Positions 56,057-64,000 of a DNA stretch of 64,000 nt are shown here, piece by piece. Within the stretch, counting starts at the first letter, position 1. Each line of letters starts with the position of its first letter. The stretch spans positions 10,520-74,519 of the IMG/VR virus record IMGVR_UViG_2595698612_000001; one strand, written 5' to 3'. Origin of the DNA: a virus. Lineage: Duplodnaviria; Heunggongvirae; Uroviricota; Caudoviricetes; Thumleimavirales; Hafunaviridae. The notes under the pieces were generated by a model. That model was not told the origin of the DNA, ran no database searches, and saw only the letters and a list, made by a program, of their open reading frames with translations. The position numbers and the translations under genes were made by a program.

Positions 56057-56242
56057 TTAAATCATTCGCCGCGCCGCCATTCCACCAACGAACTTCTGGT
56101 GGTGCTGTCCACAGAGGATGAACCGCGCCGTGTCGTCCTCCGCAATCCGCGTTCCCTGATACGGGCAGGGGTCGTCGTCGGTCGCTACTTCTCGTCCGTG
56201 GTGGCACATCTCGTCGCCGTGGTAGTGTTCAAAGTCAACCAT
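56057..56242 (-). CDS. Cys/His-rich small protein (~61 aa, start trimmed to MVDFEHYHGDEMCHH)
   Basis: Metal-binding-like CHH/CPY/CGQHH residues. Confidence 0.35.
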   Translation of the reverse strand: MVDFEHYHGDEMCHHGREVATDDDPCPYQGTRIAEDDTARFILCGQHHQKFVGGMAARRMI

Positions 56243-56493
56243 TAGTGAGTCTCCGCGTAGTGTTGTTCGTGGGTCTTTGCGCTGAACATCGGGAGTTTGT
56301 CCTGCCACCACCGCTTCCAGAGACAACGGAAGTTCGAGCAACGGACTCCGTAGGAGCGTTCTTCGACCGTTGAATCGCAGGCAGGGCAGTTCTCCGGGTA
56401 GTCGTCGTGTGGTTCCATTACTGAGTGACCTCCTTCGCACAACTCCGGCAGTAGTATCGCTTGTCTGAATCGCTCGGGAAAGCAATTCGCCAC
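56242..56493 (-). CDS. zinc-finger protein (83 aa)
   Basis: CPACDSTVEER...CSNFRC. Confidence 0.35.
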   Translation of the reverse strand: MANCFPERFRQAILLPELCEGGHSVMEPHDDYPENCPACDSTVEERSYGVRCSNFRCLWKRWWQDKLPMFSAKTHEQHYAETH

Positions 56494-56699
56494 TCTCCCG
56501 TCTCCTTATCCCGAGTAACAGGAGTTCCGTTCAGTCGGGGGCCGCTACATCTCTCGCACTCTAAGGCCACGTTCCACCTCGAAACTCGATGAAGCGGTCT
56601 TCGTCGTGGTCGTAGTAGCCTCGGAGTTGTCGGTGACAGTCGTTACATCGCCACTTCGCCCGCTTTCCCCGACCGACCAGCCAGCGTCGGTCTTTATGC

Positions 56700-56969
56700 T
56701 TACACATTGATGGTTAGTTCCTGAATCTCGCTCGTTCGGAACGGCTTGCTCGGGTCTTGTCCCTGAACGGTGGACTCGATAACGACCTCCGCGACCTTCT
56801 CGTGGGGATAGTCTTTAGCGAACACTCCGGAGTCTTCGAGCCTCGATGCGACTTCCCGCCGTGTTTCGAGCGGGAGTTTGTTCGGCTTGAGGTGGAACAT
56901 ATGTCCACCACGGGAGTCGTTCTTCGGCCTTGCTACTACGTCGTGGGTCTTGGTGTGGGTGACACTCAT
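56700..56969 (-). CDS. hypothetical protein (~89 aa, start trimmed to MSVTHTKTHD)
   Basis: Coding-like ORF. Confidence 0.4.
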   Translation of the reverse strand: MSVTHTKTHDVVARPKNDSRGGHMFHLKPNKLPLETRREVASRLEDSGVFAKDYPHEKVAEVVIESTVQGQDPSKPFRTSEIQELTINV

Positions 56970-57289
56970 CGTTCGTTCAGGGTGAACCGCGTCTCGTACT
57001 GTTCGACCGGGAGAAGCGAGCCGTTCTCGTAGAGGTTCATCAACTCCACGAACAGCCACCGGGGGTAGTCCACCTCCTTCGTGTTGTTGAGGCTAACTAC
57101 GGGGGTTCCCCCTACGGAGAGGGTAGCCCATTCCATCCCCTCCTCGATGTAGTAATCCTCTACGTCATCGAACTCAATTTGAAGTCCATCGGGGATGTTC
57201 AGGACGTAGCCGGTATCCATCGAGGCTATCAGCTTGGTGTGTCCATCGGAGCGGTACGTGTCGCTGACCTGTTCCAGAATCTCACTCAT
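56966..57289 (-). CDS. hypothetical protein (107 aa)
   Basis: Coding-like ORF. Confidence 0.4.
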   Translation of the reverse strand: MSEILEQVSDTYRSDGHTKLIASMDTGYVLNIPDGLQIEFDDVEDYYIEEGMEWATLSVGGTPVVSLNNTKEVDYPRWLFVELMNLYENGSLLPVEQYETRFTLNER

Positions 57290-57657
57290 CGGTTCTTGGG
57301 GTGGAAGATGTGGTTCTCGGGGTAGTCTCGGTCAGCCGACCATCCGAAGGACTTGAGCCAAACGCTCAGACAGCTCTCACAGAGGTAGACTGTCATATAG
57401 CCCCCGGCGAGTCCTCCGGTGTAGTCGCTCAGCACTCCTTTGTCCCGACCTCCCCGGTTACACTCCGGGCAACGGTCGTCGTGGTGGTATCCCTCGAAGT
57501 GAATCCCCGAAGGCATCGACCGGAAGGGGTTGTCGTCCGAAGCGTGAGGCATCTCGAAGACCTCGGTATCCACGCCCCACGTTTCCACGAGGGCTTCCCG
57601 TCGCTCGATTCCGATTAACTCTCTATCACCGTCGCTGTCGTTGGTTTCAACACTCAT
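57286..57657 (-). CDS. zinc-ribbon protein (123 aa)
   Basis: CPECNRGGRD...CESC. GAGTCTTTA 11 nt upstream of ATG. Confidence 0.4.
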   Translation of the reverse strand: MSVETNDSDGDRELIGIERREALVETWGVDTEVFEMPHASDDNPFRSMPSGIHFEGYHHDDRCPECNRGGRDKGVLSDYTGGLAGGYMTVYLCESCLSVWLKSFGWSADRDYPENHIFHPKNR

Positions 57658-57675
57658 TATTGTCTCTCCGAGTCT

Positions 57676-58344
57676 TTAGACCGAACCGACGACCGTAATC
57701 TCGCCACTCTCGATAGCGGCGTCCAACTCCATCGAGTCCATCCAGACCTTCGAGCAGTCCTCACAGAACGCCTCCGCTCCGTAGGTTCCTCGGTCGGTCA
57801 CTACGTGGTCGTGGTCACAGACCTCGTTCTGGTAGTGGAATTTCTCCTCGCGGAGTTCGTCGATTCGTTCTTCGACGGCCCAATGAAGGCCATTTCGGAT
57901 GGAAGCCTCGATTTCGGCCTCGTTGACGCCGTTCTCGTAGGCATCCTTAATCTCTCCCGGCGTTGCCTCGACGGTGAACTCGACAGTCACCGTTCCCCAC
58001 TTCTCTCCGGTGTATTCCTCACATCGGAGCTTCGAGCCGCCACGGGAGCCGTGCTTCATCTCCCACTTGCCACGGGAGTAGGGAACGACCTGCCAATCCG
58101 GGGAACAGGAATACTTCGCCATCCCCTCGATGTGTCCCTTATGGTCGTAGGTTTTCAGGGTGACGTGGGGGAGTTTCACCCGGAGATGCTTCATATCCCT
58201 CGGGTACATCTCGAACCACCGACCCATCAGGCGGGCCTTCCGAAGCTTCTTCCACGCTTCTTCGTCGTTGGCGTGGAATCGGTAGTGGTAGTCTCGACCG
58301 TCCGGGTTCCCCATCCAGTCCTCGGGGTACTCTCGCCACGTCAT
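57676..58344 (-). CDS. hypothetical protein (222 aa)
   Basis: Coding-like ORF with Cys/His-rich C-terminus. Confidence 0.5.
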   Translation of the reverse strand: MTWREYPEDWMGNPDGRDYHYRFHANDEEAWKKLRKARLMGRWFEMYPRDMKHLRVKLPHVTLKTYDHKGHIEGMAKYSCSPDWQVVPYSRGKWEMKHGSRGGSKLRCEEYTGEKWGTVTVEFTVEATPGEIKDAYENGVNEAEIEASIRNGLHWAVEERIDELREEKFHYQNEVCDHDHVVTDRGTYGAEAFCEDCSKVWMDSMELDAAIESGEITVVGSV

Positions 58345-58462
58345 TACTCGTCGTCCTCCGGTAACAGGTCGCCGTACTTCGTCTTGCTACGCTTGCTTCT
58401 CCGCTCGGCTTTCTCGATGCTTTCCAGCTCGTCCTCGCTGAGGGTATCTTCCAGAGTCGTCA

Positions 58463-58711
58463 TTAGGCTTCGACCTCCTCGATGGGGAGAACCAGCGGCT
58501 CGTTCTCGGTGTCTATCGGGTCTTCCGACCAGAAGAACACACCAAACGTTTCCTCGTCGTACTGATGGAGGTCGTAGGCTTCGGTGTAGTTCTCATCGTC
58601 GTCAAACGACTCGTTGAACGCCACGACCGCTTCCTCCTCAGTCTCCGCAGTAACGGTGATTTCGTAGCGGTTCTCCTGTTCGGGGTGGTCAGTTAGTCCA
58701 AGTATTCCCAT
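58463..58711 (-). CDS. hypothetical acidic protein (82 aa)
   Basis: Coding-like ORF. Confidence 0.4.
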   Translation of the reverse strand: MGILGLTDHPEQENRYEITVTAETEEEAVVAFNESFDDDENYTEAYDLHQYDEETFGVFFWSEDPIDTENEPLVLPIEEVEA

Positions 58712-58821
58712 CTCTCACTCCACGATGTAGTGGCCGTTCGGCGTCTCGTAGACCGTTCCGGGCTTCACGTAGTCGTCGTCCTCTGCCATTACCTCGTCAA
58801 CCGCGATTTCGAGAATGTTCA

Positions 58822-59094
58822 TTAGTATCCTGCCTCGTAGACCGCTTCCGCTTGCTCGAACGCCGATTCCTTAGCGTCGGTGAACACCTCTATCTCCACC
58901 ACAGCACGGGGATAGCCCTCGGTGTCCACGTTGAAGTTCTCGTAGAGAATCCAGCGGCCATCGAGGTCTTCTTCGAGAAGGTCGCAGGCCGCGAAGATTG
59001 CTTCCACGTCGTCGCTTTCGTCCACGGCGTACTCCGTGGCGAACACGTCCAAGTCCTCCTTCAGCCGCTCGATGATGTGTTCTTCCAGACTCAT
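58822..59094 (-). CDS. hypothetical acidic protein (90 aa)
   Basis: Coding-like ORF. Confidence 0.4.
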   Translation of the reverse strand: MSLEEHIIERLKEDLDVFATEYAVDESDDVEAIFAACDLLEEDLDGRWILYENFNVDTEGYPRAVVEIEVFTDAKESAFEQAEAVYEAGY

Positions 59095-59619
59095 CCCTTG
59101 ATGATTTGGAGGCCCTTGTTCGCTTCGAGGACGTGTTCCGCCGCTTCCTTCGTGGGGAAGGACTCGATAATGTCGAACTGAACGCCGGTCTTTCCTACGT
59201 CGAAGTACGGTTCTGTCGGGTCGATTAGGTGGTATTCGTTCATACTGTTATCAGCTCAGGCTTCGCTTCGTGGTTCGGTTCTGCCGTAGGAGCCAAGCTC
59301 AGTTTGGGGCCGCTCGGCTCCCTCGTTACCATCACGGCTCCCGCCGCTGGTGGGTCGTCGTCGTCGCCCCCTCCGCCTCGTGGATTGATTTCGAGAAGCG
59401 GATTCGCGTTGCTCTCGTCGTCGTCGCTCCCATCGTTCTCGGCGGATTGTTTGGGCAAGAATGTCACCACTCAAAGGTGTGCCACTTTCTCCATCGGGTC
59501 GTTGAAGCCGTCCAGTTCGTCCATATCGAAGCCGGGAGTGTCTCGGTCGTCGTAACTTGCCGCGTCGTTCATCTCGGGGTCGTGGAAGTCGGGATAGTAG
59601 TTGTCGTACATCGTTCTCG

Positions 59620-59910
59620 TTAGAGGTCGTTCAGGGCGTTTTCCAGCTCGCGGTCGAACAGAGCAACCAGTTGCTCGATGTATTGTCCGTCTCGGGGAAT
59701 CGGCTCTCGCATCTCCCCGTCGATGCCTCGAATCAGGTAGGAGTCGTCGCTCGGGATTACCTCGATGCCGCCCCACCAGATTTCGTCGTCGTAGAACTTC
59801 GCCACCGAAGCCCGGCGGAGTCGAAGCACGTAGTCTCCGACCTTCCGTTCGAGGTCGGGTTCGCTTAGGTCGATACGTCGGTCGTTGCTTGTCGCTGTTG
59901 CTACTGCCAT
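59620..59910 (-). CDS. hypothetical protein (96 aa, start trimmed to ATG 59910)
   Basis: The longer track ORF would run through the structured leader element. Internal ATG is preceded by GAGTGACACCT. Confidence 0.45.
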   Translation of the reverse strand: MAVATATSNDRRIDLSEPDLERKVGDYVLRLRRASVAKFYDDEIWWGGIEVIPSDDSYLIRGIDGEMREPIPRDGQYIEQLVALFDRELENALNDL

Positions 59911-59920
59911 AGGTGTCACT

Positions 59921-59983
59921 CGGTAGTATGGACTACCGGAAGCCCCGCTACGGAGTCGAACCGTAGTTCCCGCCACTCGGGGC
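59921..59983 (-). ncRNA. tRNA top-half-like structured leader element, copy A (hairpin CGGTAG/CTACCG + acceptor-like stem GCCCCG/CGGGGC enclosing T-arm-like hairpin CTACGG-TTCGACT-CCGTAG)
   Basis: Read in sequence on the - strand. The loop TTCGACT matches the T-loop consensus. Shares architecture with copy B but has different, compensating stems. Confidence 0.5.
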
Positions 59984-60196
59984 AAAGGGTTAGAGTTGCT
60001 TACTTGAGTCTTTAGAGTCTATGGAATCCACGCCTCCGGTCGGCTCTCTCGGCTCGTTCGAGGTCACAGTACCAGCAGTTACACTCCGGGTTGAACGAAT
60101 GTGGTTTCTTCATTTGGGGTTACTCGCATCGAGTCGTTGTCCCCGAGAAAGGTCTTCACTCTCAAAGACAACGTTGCGTTATTAAGTCTTTGCGGT

Positions 60197-60553
60197 TCAC
60201 ATCCACGCTCCGGTATAGGCCGCTCCGCGACCTTCCCGAACCTTTCGCTCGCGTTCCTTCCGTCGTTCCTCCTGCGTTCGGAGGGTCTTGAGTTTCTTAC
60301 CAGTCCCCCAGTAGGTCGAAACGATGTATTCGCTCTTGGGGTCAATCACGACCGTCATTACCGCTCCGCTCCACTTCGTTTCCAGCAGGACGTTTCCGCT
60401 GTGTCCCTGATAGGCGTCTCCCTCCTCGATGGCTTGGTCTATCGCTTCCATCGGAATCCGTCGCTCGCGTCGTCGGTTCCCACCGTGGGAACTGGGGTTG
60501 TAGTCGTAACTCGATGCGTCTCTGCTGAATTGAATCTCGTTCATCGTTGTCAC
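60197..60553 (-). CDS. hypothetical protein (118 aa)
   Basis: Coding-like ORF. Confidence 0.4.
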   Translation of the reverse strand: MTTMNEIQFSRDASSYDYNPSSHGGNRRRERRIPMEAIDQAIEEGDAYQGHSGNVLLETKWSGAVMTVVIDPKSEYIVSTYWGTGKKLKTLRTQEERRKERERKVREGRGAAYTGAWM

Positions 60554-60879
60554 TCGCTGTCGTGGTAATCGGAGTAGCGCCGCCGGTACTTCTCGGCCTT
60601 CTTCCGTCGCTCGATTTCCTCATCACTCAGGCCGGAGCCTTCGTATTCCTCAGGCTCCGACGTTTTCTCGTGATGGGGATGAATCTCACTCGGGTCGGGA
60701 GTCCATCCCATAAACTCGGCCAGTTCCTCACCTTTCAGGAGTTCTCCCTCGCGTTTTTCCTCAACTACCGCTCCGAAGGCTCGATGCCTCTGGTCGATTT
60801 TGAGGTCAGCTCGGTGGCTCCATTGGTTCTGTTCCTCACGCTCCGAGGTTCGGACAGTCCCAAGTCTCGGTGAGAACAT
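60550..60879 (-). CDS. hypothetical protein (109 aa)
   Basis: Start ATG overlaps the upstream small ORF's TAA (TAATG). Confidence 0.45.
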   Translation of the reverse strand: MFSPRLGTVRTSEREEQNQWSHRADLKIDQRHRAFGAVVEEKREGELLKGEELAEFMGWTPDPSEIHPHHEKTSEPEEYEGSGLSDEEIERRKKAEKYRRRYSDYHDSE

Positions 60880-61010
60880 TACTCGCTATCCTCACTATCC
60901 GCCGCGTTCAGCGCCGCTAACTTGTCCATCTCCCTCCGGTAATCCTCGTCGCTCAGAGGGTTGGTCAGACTACCAGCGCCGCCGCTACGTCGTGGATACT
61001 CTCGTCCCAT
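60879..61010 (-). CDS. small protein (43 aa, not in track)
   Basis: MGREYPRRSGGAGSLTNPLSDEDYRREMDKLAALNAADSEDSE. ATG preceded by GAGTGACACCT as in copy A. Confidence 0.3.
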   Translation of the reverse strand: MGREYPRRSGGAGSLTNPLSDEDYRREMDKLAALNAADSEDSE

Positions 61011-61022
61011 AGGTGTCACTCA

Positions 61023-61083
61023 CGGTAGCCGTTGCTACCGAAGGCCCTTCCGGGGAGTCGAACCCCGGTGTCGCCACTAAGGG
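61023..61083 (-). ncRNA. tRNA top-half-like structured leader element, copy B (CGGTAG/CTACCG hairpin + outer stem CCCTT/AAGGG enclosing CCGGGG-TTCGACT-CCCCGG)
   Basis: Same architecture and conserved loop/linker (AGTGGCG) as copy A, with covarying stems. Confidence 0.5.
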
Positions 61084-61112
61084 TTAATGAAGCGTCTTTG
61101 AGTCTTTGCGCC

Positions 61113-62012
61113 TTACTCGGAGTTTTCGAGCAACTGCTGAAGGAGTGCGTCCTTCTCGCGCTGGCTCATCTCACTCACGTCGGGAACCTCCGGCTCGGGA
61201 AGTTCGACGTGTTCCTCGTAGTCCTCGTAGTTGATACTAACCTCATTCTCCACGATGAACTGAAGGAACGTCTCCCCGAGGTTGTTCCCGATACCCTTCA
61301 CTTCCGTAGGGTCGAAAAGGTCGTCGGGGAGGTCGAGGCCGGTGTCACTCTCGCCGTCGCTACCGCTACCGCCGTTGTTCTTATCGCTCGTTTCCGCCGT
61401 CTCATCGACTTCGACTTCTCCGAAGTAGTCACTCAGAAGGGTCTTGAGGCGTTCCTCGGCTTCCTCGTAAGTCGGGACGCTCCCGACCTCGAAGCCATCC
61501 GCCGCCTCTTGACGACCTTCACTTGCCACTACCGGGACAATCGGCTCCCCGTCGCTGTTGATGGGAACCATCACGGTGTCACTTGCCTCGATGATTTCCT
61601 GACTGAGCAGTAGCTCACGCTGGAACTCATCGACCTCACCGAGAGGCTTCACACCGAATCCGCCGTTTTCCTCCTCTAAGGAGGCGTACTTGCCACTAAA
61701 GGCGTTGTAGTCGTTGGCGGTGTAGTCGGTGGACAGGAAGAACGCCCTCCCGAGAGAGCCGTCGCTATCGTTTGCTTCGCACGGCTCAATCAGGTTCACA
61801 TTCCGGGGCGCTTCACACCACTTAGCGATGTCACTCTCGCCGCCCTTCTTCACAGAATCCTCTCCGAACGCCTTACGCACTTCGTGGGCAAGGCTCACGA
61901 TGGAGTGGTCGTCCTTCTGAAGAAGGTCGTAGAGGTCGCTAACAGGGTTAGCGCCGAGGGTGTTCACCGTGTTCTCAACGAAGTCGCCGTCGCTGTTGAC
62001 TTTCACAGACAT
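61113..62012 (-). CDS. hypothetical acidic protein with helix-hairpin-helix motif (start trimmed to MSVKVNSDGDF, ~299 aa)
   Basis: DPTEVKGIGNNLGETF matches an HhH DNA-binding motif. First gene of the long leftward array. Confidence 0.5.
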   Translation of the reverse strand: MSVKVNSDGDFVENTVNTLGANPVSDLYDLLQKDDHSIVSLAHEVRKAFGEDSVKKGGESDIAKWCEAPRNVNLIEPCEANDSDGSLGRAFFLSTDYTANDYNAFSGKYASLEEENGGFGVKPLGEVDEFQRELLLSQEIIEASDTVMVPINSDGEPIVPVVASEGRQEAADGFEVGSVPTYEEAEERLKTLLSDYFGEVEVDETAETSDKNNGGSGSDGESDTGLDLPDDLFDPTEVKGIGNNLGETFLQFIVENEVSINYEDYEEHVELPEPEVPDVSEMSQREKDALLQQLLENSE

Positions 62013-62069
62013 AGTTCGTTGGGTGTCACTTAGTGCTACTTTCCGAGGGGGAAGCACCAAACCCCCCAT

Positions 62070-64000
62070 TCCGACAAATCGGAGTGAGAATTGTTCTCAC
62101 TCACGACTGTCGTGGTTTGCTTAGCGAGGGTCTTAGACCCTCAAAGCACTACCCGTCAATCGGGTTCAGCTTACGCTGGAACCTTTACGTCTATCCTTCC
62201 CCGCCCCTTACGGGACGGGCCGAACATACTAACGAGCGTTTTAAACGTGACACTCATCCCTCAAAGCCGACTGCTATACGCTACGCTGTGCGAACGTTTC
62301 GCTATGCGAGTTTCAAGCCTCAAAGAGTCTTTCGCGTTATTCGCTATGAGCATTTGCTCTTGACTACTACGTACTTCTCCCTACGAACCTGTTTTATGGC
62401 ATAGACTTTCAGTCCATAGGCTAAGCACCTATTGTTTTAACCGCAACCGCAACCGAAAGTGGGCGGGATTCACGTTTCCATAGATGTATCTAATACATCC
62501 GGTTCGACAGTTTCGAGACGTTAATCGCTCGATGTGTCTATTTTCGTCACTCTTTGCCCTAAGGGTCGCTCTTTGTCCGGGCCATACTCCCCCTGTTACC
62601 TGAAAATACACACCGAAACACCGTGTTTCGGTTTCCGACCGACATACCGGGGCGGGGCCGCTTTCGCGGGCCGTCCCGTTCGGGCCGTACTTCAAACGTA
62701 ACACCGGGAAAGGCGTTTGGGGCCGCGCTATGCTACCTTTGAGGTTATCGCCGGACTCACGCGGGGCCTTTCCTTTGTCGTATCAGGGGCGGGGCCGGTT
62801 TCACGGTTACAAACCGTTTCGCCGGGCCGCCCCCTCTTTCCCGCCCCGGCCCCTAAGGGCCGGTAAATCTCCCCCGTACTAAGACGGGCCTATGTGGTTT
62901 AGGGCCGTTTCGGGACGCTTTCGGGTTATCTCCCCGTCTCTCGGGGAATTGTCGGTTAATCCGACGTTTCCGTACTAACGAACCTACTAAGAATCCCGGC
63001 CCCGGTATCCACACCGGGGTTTCCGGCCCCTAAGGGCCGTTTCACCGTGAAAGACGGGCCGTTTCCGGCCCCGTCTCCTACATTCCGTAAGGGTCAATTC
63101 GGCGTTTGTTCCGTCTCTCGGGGCGGCCCGTAACAGGGGCCGAAACCCGAGAGAACTACCAAACACGTACTTACCCGCCCCCGACCGTTCGGGGGGAGAT
63201 TAGCGGTAATTCCGTTTGAAGGTGGCAACGTACTAACGGAAACATCCAACGGGGGGCGCATATGGCAACGCCCCCGGAAAGCGGGACTTAAACCGCTTTT
63301 CCGGTGTTTCCGGGCCTTTTACGCCGGGGAGTGTATCCCCCGGCCCATTTCAGGGGGCCGCCGTCCCGGTTAACATCAAACCGGGGCGGGCCGCCTTTCG
63401 CCGGGCGACATTCAACCAGAATACCCGGTTTCATATAAACCCGTCGATTTGGATTAGTATATAAAGACGGGAAACACCGGAAACGCCGAACGTGAAGGGT
63501 ACAAGCCTCGATGCGGTAAAACACGGAAAACACAAAAGAGGGAGATATACCCGATTATGGGATAGGGTAGGGGGGCCGAACGGGACGGACACACCGGGAC
63601 ACACCAAAAAGACGGGACACACCGGGACGGACACACAAGAAACGGGCCGTAGTTGCCTTTCCCGGCGTTTTCAGGGGCCGGGGGATACCGGGATACGGCC
63701 CGTATGGACACACCGGGGAGACGGACATACGGCCCCCGCGCGGGACGAGAGACGGGACGGGACGGGCCGGGCCGGGCCGGGACGAGAGACGGCCCCAGTA
63801 GGGACGGACACACCGGGGCCGGGGCCGGGGCCGGGGCCGGGGCCGGGACGGGGGCCGACCGGGACACATCAGCAGGCAGGCGGGACGCCCGCGCGTAGGG
63901 CGGCCAACAACGCCAATATCCGAGGGTACAAGCCCCAACGAAGGGGCGGGGACGGCCCCCGGTTAGAACATTAAGGTACATTCCGCACACGAGCTTTAGT
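62070..64000. repeat. ~1.9-kb non-coding region dense in inverted repeats, direct repeats and G-rich iterons; candidate replication origin / control or packaging region
   Basis: No credible ORFs (only Pro/Arg/Gly-rich GC-artefact frames). Inverted repeats: GAGTGAGAA-ttg-TTCTCACTC, CCGAAACAC-cg-GTGTTTCGG, GATGTAT-ctaa-ATACATC. CCTCAAAG occurs 3 times. GGGGCGGGGCCG-N-TTTCRCGG occurs 3 times. CGTACTAACG occurs twice. GGGAC(GG)ACACACC repeats. Confidence 0.6.
63815..63847. repeat. (GGGGCC)n hexamer tandem array, ~5.5 copies; nearby (GGGCC)3 at 63764-63782
   Basis: Seen directly; G4-forming potential. Confidence 0.7.

Noticed and set aside
56057-56493. Single 142-aa ORF 56057..56485 overlapping the 83-aa ORF 56242..56493 in another frame.
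   Set aside because: N-terminal half of the longer ORF is Arg-rich and begins at a TTG. Interpreted as two consecutive small genes meeting at 56242.
59240-59474. Overlapping ORFs 59240..59470 and 59256..59474 on the - strand.
   Set aside because: Two frames of the same GC-rich stretch. The Arg-rich one (59256..59474) is rejected. The acidic one (59240..59470) is retained only as a low-confidence possibility and not listed as a feature.
59620-59985. Track ORF extends gene 59620..59910 by 25 codons through the structured leader element.
   Set aside because: Extension is Arg/Gly-rich. It covers a region that is conserved as paired stems between two copies, which indicates RNA structure rather than coding. 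An internal ATG is preceded by the same GAGTGACACCT context as the other copy.
62400-64000. CRISPR array interpretation of the repeat-rich 3' region. ORFs 63454..63990 and 63555..63938 on both strands were also considered.
   Set aside because: Repeats are irregular in length and spacing, with no constant repeat-spacer periodicity. ORFs are Pro/Arg/Gly homopolymer-like artefacts of GGGGCC and GC-rich repeats.

Overview
The window looks like a haloarchaeal virus or provirus with a contractile tail. GC content is high, the predicted proteins are very acidic, and there are many small zinc-ribbon proteins.

Layout:
- 1-16.6 kb, + strand: tail and baseplate module in Mu/P2-like order (sheath, tube, frameshifted chaperone, tape measure, hub, gpV spike, PAAR tip, gpW/gp25, gpJ, gpI, tail fibers). 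Head, portal and terminase genes appear to lie upstream of the window.
- 17.9-20.3 kb: class II ribonucleotide reductase (nrdJ).
- 20.4-22.7 kb: lysogeny module. A tRNA-like 3'-half is a candidate attP core, next to a tyrosine integrase and a convergent winged-helix regulator.
- 22.8-62.0 kb, almost entirely - strand: a long leftward array of tightly packed, often stop/start-overlapping genes. It includes an HNH endonuclease, RtcB RNA ligase, dCTP deaminase, ThyX, family B DNA polymerase, a Cas4-like nuclease, an HTH-metallophosphoesterase, an AEP primase, a P-loop NTPase, a viral tRNA cluster, an SPFH protein, a LAGLIDADG endonuclease, an ERCC4 nuclease, an XPD/Rad3-like Fe-S helicase and many small zinc-ribbon, HTH or RHH proteins.
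- 62.0-64.0 kb: non-coding, repeat-dense region.

Most unusual observations:
1. A roughly 55-bp composite palindromic operator/promoter-like element occurs six times at operon heads.
2. Two copies of a tRNA 'top-half'-like structured RNA sit in 5' leaders and show compensatory stem covariation.
3. Virus-encoded tRNAs and degenerate tRNA-like elements co-occur with RtcB, suggesting tRNA repair as a counter-defence.
4. The 3' non-coding region is rich in iterons and G-quadruplex-prone repeats.

Homology calls rest on motif recognition by eye; nothing was searched or computed. Several listed start codons are trimmed from the longest-ORF track and are approximate.
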